A stretch of 64,000 nucleotides of DNA. Source: Desulfotignum sp. (GTDB taxonomy: Bacteria; Desulfobacterota; Desulfobacteria; Desulfobacterales; Desulfobacteraceae). Positions 56,288 through 64,000 of the stretch are shown here, piece after piece (positions within the stretch are counted from its first letter, which is position 1; each line of letters opens with the position of its first letter). The notes under the pieces were generated by a model, which was not told the origin of the DNA, searched no databases, and saw nothing but the letters and a program-made list of their open reading frames with translations. The position numbers and the translations under genes are program-made. The stretch lies in the NCBI GenBank assembly GCA_011390335.1, contig JAABSO010000015.1:8972-72971 (forward strand), given 5' to 3'.

Positions 56288-58972
56288 TTATTCAATATCC
56301 AGGTCATCATTTTCAATGATCAGCTCATATTCCCCGCCTCCGGGCACCCGGTTGATGGAAAATCCCAGTTTTCTGCCCAGTTTGAGCATCTGGGTGTTTT
56401 CCGCCAGCACACAGCCCATGACCCGTCGGATGCCCATCTGCCTGGCCGCTTTCAGGCACTGGGTCAACAGGGAGGAACCGATGCCTTTGCCCTGCCAGTC
56501 GTCACTGATGGCCAGGGCAAATTCCGCCTGGGTTTTTTCGGGAAACACAATGATACGGCATACGCCGACCATTTTCTGGCTCTGTTCCTTTCCCATCAGG
56601 GCCACCAGGGCGATCTCCCGGTCGTAATCGATCTGGGTCAGCCTGATGAGCATATCCCTGGACAGCTGCTTCACGGGAGAGAAAAAGCGCATGTAGATGC
56701 TCCTGGATGACAGGGAATGAAAATGATTTATCAGCAGGTCTGCATCACTGGGCCGGATAGGACGGATAAAAAAGGGCTGGCTGTCCACTGTTTCCCCCAG
56801 GGACTCATACTGCCAGGGATAGGAACTGATGATCAGGTGCATGGGGGATGTTACCTGTGCCGGTGCGATAAATACCCGGGCATCCACGGCTGTCAGGACC
56901 CCGTCTCTCACCATGAGCGGATTGATGTCCAGTGTTTCGATTTCAGGAAAATCGGTCATCAGCCGCCCCACCCGTATCAGCAGCTCCTCCAGCAGCGCCA
57001 TATCCATGGGCCGGATATTTCTGAAACCCTTCAGCACAGTTGCAATTTTTGTTTTTCCGATCAAATGGTTTGCAAGCATGCGGTTCAAGGGCGGCAGCCC
57101 CATGGAAATGTCTTTGAACACTTCGGTTAACACGCCGCCCATGCCGAAAAGGATCACCGGACCGAAATGGGGATCTTTTCTGGCACCGATGATCAGTTCG
57201 ACATCGGCCCGGTCCTGCATCGCCTGGACAGTGACACCGGTGATGTGTGCGGATGGAAAATGCTGTCCGGCGTTTGCCATGATCTGTCTGTACGCGGTGG
57301 TTACATCCCGGGCGGTCTTCAGGTCGAGTGCCACGCCGTTGCAGTCTGATTTATGGGGGATGTCTCTGGAGCAGATTTTCAGCACCACGGGAAATCCTGT
57401 CTGCGCCGCTAATTCCAGGGCCGCCTCTTCAGTGTCGGCAATTTTTGTTTCGTTGACGGGAATGCCATAGGCATCGAGCAGGGCCTTGGCCGTGTTTTCC
57501 ACAAGGCCGTCTTTTTTTTCAGCGAATGCGGTTTTAATGATGTTTTCGGCGGTTTGCCGGTGAATGATCAATTTGGTATCGGTGCGGATGGGGATCTGGG
57601 TCAGCCGCTCAATGTTTTTCCCGTATTCATACAGGTTCTTGAATGCCCGGACCGCCCGTTCGGCTGAATCATAGGTGACAATTCCGGCCTGGTTGAACAC
57701 CTGCCTGGCCTTTGCCACATTGTCACCGCCGATCCAGGCGGTGAATACGGGACAGGAAATGGTCCGCAGATGGGGTACCAGAAGCTCGGCCAAGGCCCGG
57801 GTATCCATGGTGCCGGCAGGCGAGCAGATCAGCAGCAGCGCATCGGTTTTTGGGTCGGCCGCACAGAGATTCACGGTGTCGACATAAGCCGATGCCGGGG
57901 TGTCTCCCAGGATGTCAACGGGATTGCCCCGGCTCCAGTTGTCAGGCAGCAGCCCATCGAGCCGGTCAATGGTTGTCTGGGACAACCTTGCCGGCTCCAT
58001 GCCGCAGGATGCCAGGGCATCGGCAGCCATGACCCCGGGGCCCCCGGCATTGGTGATGATGGCCAGGCCGCTTCCTTTGGGCCGCTGTTGTTTTGCCAGA
58101 AATTCGATACAGTCGAACAACTCTTCGAATTCAGTGACCCGGAGAATGCCGGCCCGCTGAAACGCGGCATCATACAAGGCATCCTCTTCGGCCATGGCCC
58201 CGGTGTGAGATGCGGCTGCTCTGGCCCCGGCATGGGATCTTCCGGATTTGAGGACAATGATGGGCTTGATGCGGGACACGGCCCGGGCCGCACTCATGAA
58301 ATTGCGGATGTTGGTGATGTTTTCCATATACATCACAATACTTCCCACAGATCTCTGGGAACCCAGGTAGTCGATCATGTCTGCAAAATCCACATCCACC
58401 ATGGAACCCAGGTTGACAAAATGGCTGAACCCTACCTTTTTCCGAAGGGCCAGGTCCAGCACCGAGGTACACACGGCCCCGCTCTGGGATAAAAAAGAAA
58501 TGTTGCCGGGCAGGGGCGTCAGGTGGGAGAAACTGGCATTCAGAGAGATGGTGGTGTTGATGATGCCAAGGCAGTTGGGGCCGATTATTCTGAGGTCGGA
58601 TTTTTGGGCGGCTGCCAGAATCTCTCCTTCCAGAATCTTGCCTTTGGTGCCTGCTTCCCTTCCACCGGATGATACAATGACGGCGCCGGCAACCCCTTTT
58701 TTTTCGCACTCTTCCACCAGGTCCGGCACCATTTGAATGGGGGTGGCAATCACTGCCATGTCCACCGCGCCCTCGATCTCCTGTATCCGGGGTACACAGG
58801 TCAGGTCAAACAGTTTTTTGTGCCCGGGGTTCACCGGAAATATTGCATATTTCCCGTTGCCGGCCAGCAGGTTTTTCATGATGGCACAGCCCACGGAACC
58901 CTGTTTTTCCCTGGCCCCGATAACCGCCACACTTTTCGGGTTGCACAGCCGGTCCAGATTATGCGTACTCAT
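56288..58972 (-). CDS. Acetate-CoA ligase (ADP-forming)-GNAT fusion, Pat/Pka-type protein lysine acetyltransferase
   Basis: PKSVAVIGA, IIGPNCLG, SQSGA, ASHTG, TNAGGPG, HKSD, C-terminal GNAT QGKGIG. Confidence 0.92.
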   Translation of the reverse strand: MSTHNLDRLCNPKSVAVIGAREKQGSVGCAIMKNLLAGNGKYAIFPVNPGHKKLFDLTCVPRIQEIEGAVDMAVIATPIQMVPDLVEECEKKGVAGAVIVSSGGREAGTKGKILEGEILAAAQKSDLRIIGPNCLGIINTTISLNASFSHLTPLPGNISFLSQSGAVCTSVLDLALRKKVGFSHFVNLGSMVDVDFADMIDYLGSQRSVGSIVMYMENITNIRNFMSAARAVSRIKPIIVLKSGRSHAGARAAASHTGAMAEEDALYDAAFQRAGILRVTEFEELFDCIEFLAKQQRPKGSGLAIITNAGGPGVMAADALASCGMEPARLSQTTIDRLDGLLPDNWSRGNPVDILGDTPASAYVDTVNLCAADPKTDALLLICSPAGTMDTRALAELLVPHLRTISCPVFTAWIGGDNVAKARQVFNQAGIVTYDSAERAVRAFKNLYEYGKNIERLTQIPIRTDTKLIIHRQTAENIIKTAFAEKKDGLVENTAKALLDAYGIPVNETKIADTEEAALELAAQTGFPVVLKICSRDIPHKSDCNGVALDLKTARDVTTAYRQIMANAGQHFPSAHITGVTVQAMQDRADVELIIGARKDPHFGPVILFGMGGVLTEVFKDISMGLPPLNRMLANHLIGKTKIATVLKGFRNIRPMDMALLEELLIRVGRLMTDFPEIETLDINPLMVRDGVLTAVDARVFIAPAQVTSPMHLIISSYPWQYESLGETVDSQPFFIRPIRPSDADLLINHFHSLSSRSIYMRFFSPVKQLSRDMLIRLTQIDYDREIALVALMGKEQSQKMVGVCRIIVFPEKTQAEFALAISDDWQGKGIGSSLLTQCLKAARQMGIRRVMGCVLAENTQMLKLGRKLGFSINRVPGGGEYELIIENDDLDIE

Positions 58973-59051
58973 GACAGCACCCCCTGCAAGCTGTTTTTAT
59001 TTTCTGACATATCCCGGCCTCCTTTTTATACTTCTTTCCATTTTTACATTG

Positions 59052-59525
59052 TCAGGAACGGACGCTCATCACCGGCACAGGTGAGTGCCGAAACAGTTTT
59101 TCCGCAACAGATCCGAACAGAAATTCCTTGAAATCGGTCCGGCCTTTGGGGCCGAATACCAGAAAATCCGCGTTTTCTCTTTTGACGGCTTCCAGGATTT
59201 CCACATGGGGTATCCCATGGCCGATACGGATTTTCACCGGCACATCATCCAGCATGGGGATCCCTTTGATCAGGGTTTTCAATTTCAATTTCCGCCGATC
59301 CATCTCTTCACCCAGAAATTTGGCCAGGTCAAACTGGTTTGGATGTTCGGCATTGACGGCTTTTTCCATGGCATCGATCTGTTTCTGGTTGATTATATTG
59401 ATCAATACCATCCGGGCATCGGTCAGGGCTGCCGTTTGAACAGCATATTCCAGTGTGTCCCTGGAATATGCGGAAAAATCGATGGCCACCACTATCTTTG
59501 ATATTTTTTGGGCTTGTTTTTCCAT
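59052..59525 (-). CDS. Universal stress protein
   Basis: IVVAIDFS, GPKGRT...FGSVAEKLFRHSPVPV. Confidence 0.92.
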   Translation of the reverse strand: MEKQAQKISKIVVAIDFSAYSRDTLEYAVQTAALTDARMVLINIINQKQIDAMEKAVNAEHPNQFDLAKFLGEEMDRRKLKLKTLIKGIPMLDDVPVKIRIGHGIPHVEILEAVKRENADFLVFGPKGRTDFKEFLFGSVAEKLFRHSPVPVMSVRS

Positions 59526-60028
59526 TATGGTTTTCTCCCTTGTTTGAATTTTTCGGGATCTCTGACACACACCACCGGGACCTTAGCGTGACGGAACACT
59601 TTTTCAGCCGCGCTGCCGAACAATACCCGTGACAGGTTCCCCCGGCCCTTGTTGGCAAGGACAATCATATCGACATCTTCCGCATCCGCTGTTTTCAGGA
59701 TACAGTCATAGGGGATGCCGGTATCCACTATCAGGTGCATCTTTGATTTGTCTTCAAAAAAATGTTCTTTTGCCAGCTGCTTCAACTGGATCATCCGGTC
59801 TTTTTTCCAGTTATCGACATGATCCTCCACGCCCAGCGTTACAGGTCCCACAGATGGAAAATATCCCACTGCCATTTTGATGCCGTTGATGTCCCGCTGG
59901 TTGATGACGTTCAACACAATAATCTGCATGTCAGGTGCAGAGGCCAGTGCCGCTGCATAGGACAATACCATCGTGGAGTACTCTGAAAAATCCACGCATG
60001 CCAGAATTTTATTTATTTTTCGATTCAT
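59525..60028 (-). CDS. Universal stress protein
   Basis: ILACVDFS, NKGRGNLSRVLFGSAAEKV; TAATG coupling. Confidence 0.92.
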   Translation of the reverse strand: MNRKINKILACVDFSEYSTMVLSYAAALASAPDMQIIVLNVINQRDINGIKMAVGYFPSVGPVTLGVEDHVDNWKKDRMIQLKQLAKEHFFEDKSKMHLIVDTGIPYDCILKTADAEDVDMIVLANKGRGNLSRVLFGSAAEKVFRHAKVPVVCVRDPEKFKQGRKP

Positions 60029-60056
60029 GGCCTATCTCCTCAACATTCATGAATTG

Positions 60057-60734
60057 TTAAAAAATTTTTCGGTATCCCCGACCCAGGTCGGCAGCATAAT
60101 ACAATTGCCCGATCTCACTGAATGTCTCCACCAGGCTGGCAAATCCTTCCGGATCAATATCGAATGTGTGAAAATACACCTTTCGGTATCCATCTTCGAT
60201 ATCATCGTAGGATGTCATGATACTGCAGAGACGTCCGTTTTTTTTGCGGATCATGTCCGTGAATTTTTTAATGAGCCCGGGCCTGTCCTGGAGCCTGGAA
60301 GCAAAAATCTGTCCTTTGCTGGATACCCCGGTAAAAGAAACGAAACACCGGAAAATATCGCTCTTGGTGATAATTCCTTCCATGTCACCTGCGTGATTCA
60401 TTACCGGCATGCCGGAAATGCCTTTTCTCAGCATGGTGGCGGCTGCCTCATCCACGGTATGGTCAGAACGAATGGTGATGACAGGTGTTGACATCACCGT
60501 GCCGACTTTGACCGAATCCAGGAGTGCCGGCAGTTCGAACCGGTCCAGTGTGCTGGCCTCGGACGGCATGGCCTTTTTGAAGTCACCATCGGTGATGATG
60601 CCTGCCAGCATGTCATCTTTAAGTACCGGGAGCATGGAAATTACCCGGGTTCGGAATTGTTTTGCCGCATCATTTAATGATTCATCATGGGTGATAGTGA
60701 TCACAGGTTTGCTCATCCATTCTTTTATCAGCAT
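60057..60734 (-). CDS. CBS-pair plus ACT domain protein (AcuB-like)
   Basis: WMSKPVITI, LPV...GIITDGD, GIITKSDIF, DRPGLIK ACT-like; GGAGG RBS. Confidence 0.88.
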   Translation of the reverse strand: MLIKEWMSKPVITITHDESLNDAAKQFRTRVISMLPVLKDDMLAGIITDGDFKKAMPSEASTLDRFELPALLDSVKVGTVMSTPVITIRSDHTVDEAAATMLRKGISGMPVMNHAGDMEGIITKSDIFRCFVSFTGVSSKGQIFASRLQDRPGLIKKFTDMIRKKNGRLCSIMTSYDDIEDGYRKVYFHTFDIDPEGFASLVETFSEIGQLYYAADLGRGYRKIF

Positions 60735-60804
60735 GGGTTACCTCCATTTGTCATTTGTGTTGCATGAAATCTGCACAGGTTTTTCCTGCAGTTGACAACT
60801 GAAC

Positions 60805-60820
60805 AGCAATTGCTGTGCCA
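60805..60820 (-). promoter_or_regulatory. Sigma-54 promoter for CBS-ACT/USP/Pat operon
   Basis: Minus strand TGGCACAGCAATTGCT = GG-N10-GC; TGT-N11-ACA site at 60926-60942. Confidence 0.82.
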
Positions 60821-60946
60821 CTGATAGTTATTTTTTTAACCTGCTTGTTTTACAGTTTATTTTGATTTAGGTGTGAAAAAGAAAGGAAGGGGCTGAGATC
60901 AGGTTCATCATGTTTTTTTGCAAGGTGTGAAAAAACCTGACACAGA

Positions 60947-62371
60947 TCAATCAGAAATCTGCGTTTTCATTCTGATATTATGTTTTTCAATTTTGGCATG
61001 AAGGGTCGGCCGTGACATGCCCAGCAGTTTCGCCGCTTGGGTGCGGTTGCCATCGGTTAATTTCAGTGCTTCGGATATAACGATACCTGATACGATATCC
61101 ATAAAATCATCAAACCGGTAAGGATCTGGTTCTTTGGTCATCATCTGCCTGGCCCACTGCCGGATGATATCCAAATTGAGCGTTTGGGTATTTTCCCCAT
61201 CGCCCGGCGGGTTTATGATTTGTGTCAGGTCGGTAATACCAATGGGCGCCCCCCGGTTGAAAATCAATGACTTCTGGACCAGATTGGCCAGTTCCCGGAC
61301 ATTTCCCGGCCATTCATAATCGTGCAGGTGTGTCATTGCCTCATCCTGAATGCCGGGATTATCAATTTTCAAATCAGAGGAAAATTTTTGCAGGTAATAG
61401 GCAATCAATCCCTTTATATCCTCTTTACGGTTTCTGAGGGGCGGCAGCTCAATGGTCACAACTTTGAGCCGGAAATAAAGGTCTTCCCTGAATTCTCCGT
61501 CTTCAATTGCCTGTTCCAGATTCTGGTGGGTGGCAGCGATAATCCGGACATCCACGGGAATGGTTTCTTCTCCCCCCAGACGTTCAATGCTTTTTTCCTG
61601 GAGCAGCCGCAGAATTTTGGCCTGGATGCTCAGTGGCATGTCACCTATTTCATCCAGGAATACGGTGCCGCCGTTGGCCTGTTCTATCTTTCCGATATGT
61701 TTCTGGGCCGCTCCTGTAAAAGCGCCTTTTTCATACCCGAATAATTCACTTTCCAGCAGGGTTTCAGGTATGGCCACACAATTGATGATAAGGAACGGCT
61801 TGTGTGAACGGTTACTGTGCTGGTAAACCGCCCGGGCCACCAACTCTTTTCCCGTACCGGATTCTCCCCGGATCAAAATGGTGGCATCGGTCTGGGACAC
61901 CCGGCCGATGGCTTTGTACACGGTCTGCATGGCCCGGCTCTGGCCGATGATGGCATCACCAGATTGTTTGTCGGGGGTTGCATCCACCGTCACCGGGGAT
62001 CTCATGAAATACCCGGCTTCAATGGCCTGGGTGATCAGGTTTAGCATTTCAGGGATTTCAAAGGGCTTCAGCACATAATCATAGGCCCCCATTTTGGTGG
62101 CTTCGATGGCGGTTTCCGTGGTGCCGAAAGCGGTGACGATGATCACCGGGAGTTTCGGGTCCACTTTCTTGATCTGTTTGAAGGTTTCCATGCCGTCCAT
62201 ACCCGGCAGCCGCATGTCCAGAATCACCAGATCCAGGGGCTGCTGCGTCACGATTTCAATGCCGGATTCACCTGAAGCCGCCCCCAGTACGGAATAGTTC
62301 TCTTCTCTCAACAGTTTGCAGAAACTGATGCGCAGCTGGTCATCATCATCTATCACAAGAATGGTATTCAT
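60947..62371 (-). CDS. Sigma-54-dependent response regulator (NtrC family)
   Basis: REC, GESGTGKE, GAFTGA, WPGNVREL, HTH. Confidence 0.93.
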   Translation of the reverse strand: MNTILVIDDDDQLRISFCKLLREENYSVLGAASGESGIEIVTQQPLDLVILDMRLPGMDGMETFKQIKKVDPKLPVIIVTAFGTTETAIEATKMGAYDYVLKPFEIPEMLNLITQAIEAGYFMRSPVTVDATPDKQSGDAIIGQSRAMQTVYKAIGRVSQTDATILIRGESGTGKELVARAVYQHSNRSHKPFLIINCVAIPETLLESELFGYEKGAFTGAAQKHIGKIEQANGGTVFLDEIGDMPLSIQAKILRLLQEKSIERLGGEETIPVDVRIIAATHQNLEQAIEDGEFREDLYFRLKVVTIELPPLRNRKEDIKGLIAYYLQKFSSDLKIDNPGIQDEAMTHLHDYEWPGNVRELANLVQKSLIFNRGAPIGITDLTQIINPPGDGENTQTLNLDIIRQWARQMMTKEPDPYRFDDFMDIVSGIVISEALKLTDGNRTQAAKLLGMSRPTLHAKIEKHNIRMKTQISD

Positions 62372-62555
62372 TGGACGTGTCCTGTAACTGGCCATGGTCG
62401 GGCATCATCAAAAAAGGTCACCAGGTTGTCAGATATACCATGACCGTCCAGACGGTTCAATACACAATGTAAAAGCTTTGTCTTTCTTCAGACATTGAGA
62501 AAAAACAGATGGCAGGGTTAGGGTTTTTTTCTTTGTTGGAAACAATGACAGCGCA

Positions 62556-63230
62556 TCAATGGGAGATGTGGTCATTTTCAATTACGCTCTTGCCGGGTCG
62601 ATCCCAAACCGGTGAGGTGATTCCGAAACGCAGCCATTTGAAACGTTCCTGTTCCTTTGGAGAGATGTTTTTGCCGATTCTTGCCATAAAAATATTTTCC
62701 GGTTTCAGGCAGACATTGGGTTCGTTGGTCTGGTAAGAAACAAACCCGAACCTGGCATACAGGTTCAAAAGCATATGCCTGTATCTCTCCATGCTCATGC
62801 CGGAACAGGCAAGATCCCACAACCAGGAGTAGGCGGAAAGGCAAATGATCCGGTCTTCCAGGCAGACAGGTGAGAACATTTCCGACAGCAGGCGTGTGGC
62901 AATCCCCTGCTGCCGGAACTGCCTTGCCACTTCAACAGCGGAAAGTTCCCGGATCATGCGGTTTCTGCACCTGGCCCAGCGGGATGTGCCGCTGGGGGGG
63001 GAAAGGACGGCAAACCCCACAATGGTTTTGTTTTCCAGAAGCGCGAGGCATATGACCACACCCGATTCAGCACATTTTTCCTGGATCTGTTCCCGGGTAT
63101 ACAGGGGGGTGTATGTGTTGTCTGGCAGATCAAACACAGATTCCAGGGTTTTGAGCTGCTCCGGTGTCGGTCCGGCATGAATGGAAACATTGCCTTGTGG
63201 AATGGTCATATTTCTTGAAAGCATCGACAA
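62556..63230 (-). CDS. GNAT acetyltransferase, AcuA-like
   Basis: RW...ELSAVEVARQFRQQGIA, YSWLWDL...YR.ML..LY..FGF..Y.TNEP; start uncertain. Confidence 0.8.
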   Translation of the reverse strand: MSMLSRNMTIPQGNVSIHAGPTPEQLKTLESVFDLPDNTYTPLYTREQIQEKCAESGVVICLALLENKTIVGFAVLSPPSGTSRWARCRNRMIRELSAVEVARQFRQQGIATRLLSEMFSPVCLEDRIICLSAYSWLWDLACSGMSMERYRHMLLNLYARFGFVSYQTNEPNVCLKPENIFMARIGKNISPKEQERFKWLRFGITSPVWDRPGKSVIENDHISH

Positions 63231-63989
63231 TCAATCACTTGTTTCGGCAGACAGTATGTATTCTGATCCGAATTTCTGTTCAAATGCGCATGCGACTATT
63301 TTTGCCACATGGACAGCATCTTTGAAGTAATCCCTGTTGATGACCAGATCAAACCCGTCAAAAGATGTTTCTTCCTTCTGGAAAACGGTTTTGAAAAACT
63401 GTTCCTGTTCCCTGTCACATCGGTCCAGATGCTTTTCAGCTTCCGGCTCGTCAATGCCCAACAAATCTGCCAGTCGATCGATTCGGTATTTTCTGCTGCA
63501 AATGATCCGCACGGATAAAACCAAATCCCGGGGCAAAATAAAATGGGTCCCCCTTCCCACAAAAATAGTGGGTTCTGAGGAGGCCAGTGCAGTGACTGTT
63601 TTTGCCAGTTGTCTGGCATAATCACTTTTGATAAAGGTTTTTTCCCTGGTGATCATGGCAAGCCATTCGCTTATCCGTCCGGGATACCGTTCATCAAACA
63701 GTTCAATTAGTTTGACCGCCAGATTTGCATCTTCAGCCATATGTTCCATGATCTCCCTGTCAACCACCCGGTAATGGATGGTTTGGGCCAGAAGATCTGC
63801 TATCTCCAAGGCGCCTACACCAATTTGTCTTGAAAAACAGATACTCCGGTAGTGCTTGGGTTTTGCTGTATCCTGTTTTTTTCGGGCCTCTTTTTGGGCC
63901 CATTTTTTGAAATAGTTGTCCACCCACTGATCAGGGCTTTGTCGTTTTTTTCCATAAAATCCGGGGCGATATCCTGTTTTTTTGTTCAT
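63231..63989 (-). CDS. Cytidylate kinase-like family protein
   Basis: ICFSRQIGVG, VVDREI, IFVGRG, FDLVIN; GGAG RBS. Confidence 0.85.
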   Translation of the reverse strand: MNKKTGYRPGFYGKKRQSPDQWVDNYFKKWAQKEARKKQDTAKPKHYRSICFSRQIGVGALEIADLLAQTIHYRVVDREIMEHMAEDANLAVKLIELFDERYPGRISEWLAMITREKTFIKSDYARQLAKTVTALASSEPTIFVGRGTHFILPRDLVLSVRIICSRKYRIDRLADLLGIDEPEAEKHLDRCDREQEQFFKTVFQKEETSFDGFDLVINRDYFKDAVHVAKIVACAFEQKFGSEYILSAETSD

Positions 63990-64000
63990 GGTGTCTCTCC

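Noticed and set aside
62396-62575. 48-aa minus-strand ORF between the GNAT and regulator genes
   Set aside because: No motif or convincing RBS; the region more likely holds regulatory dyads (caatgt...acattg)

Overview
A chromosomal window that looks like a sulfate-reducing deltaproteobacterium (Desulfobacteraceae-like, inferred from gene content only). From left to right it holds five blocks. (1) Housekeeping genes: ettA (partial), RidA, a Ski2/HelY-like helicase, an HcnABC/opine-oxidase-like three-gene dehydrogenase, a low-GC DUF4258/DUF2283-like pair, an acyl-CoA dehydrogenase and a DMT transporter. (2) A ~20 kb heavy-metal region (10.3-30.1 kb) with three consensus sigma-54 promoters, a ZraSR-like two-component system, His/Met-rich exported proteins, a porin, two TolC genes plus CusB/CusA, and two paralogous membrane class III nucleotidyl cyclases. 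Their active-site signature resembles the Cya2-type guanylyl cyclase rather than an adenylyl cyclase, and their periplasmic domains carry Met/His-rich patches. (3) An AAA+/DUF4143 ATPase, an esterase, arfB, a TIM-barrel protein, a hybrid kinase and tRNA-Pro(GGG). (4) A ~17 kb Na+/H+ antiporter locus: a single-subunit antiporter, a multi-kinase relay, a USP, an MrpA-less mrp/mnh EFG-B-B-C-D-D-D operon and two degenerate cNMP-binding proteins. (5) A sigma-54-controlled protein-acetylation/USP cluster (Pat-like, AcuB-like, AcuA-like). Two families of dispersed palindromic elements are present; one carries a conserved 32-bp periodic array. No CRISPR array, transposase, integrase or rRNA was seen. 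All product calls come from motif recognition by eye, not from database searches.
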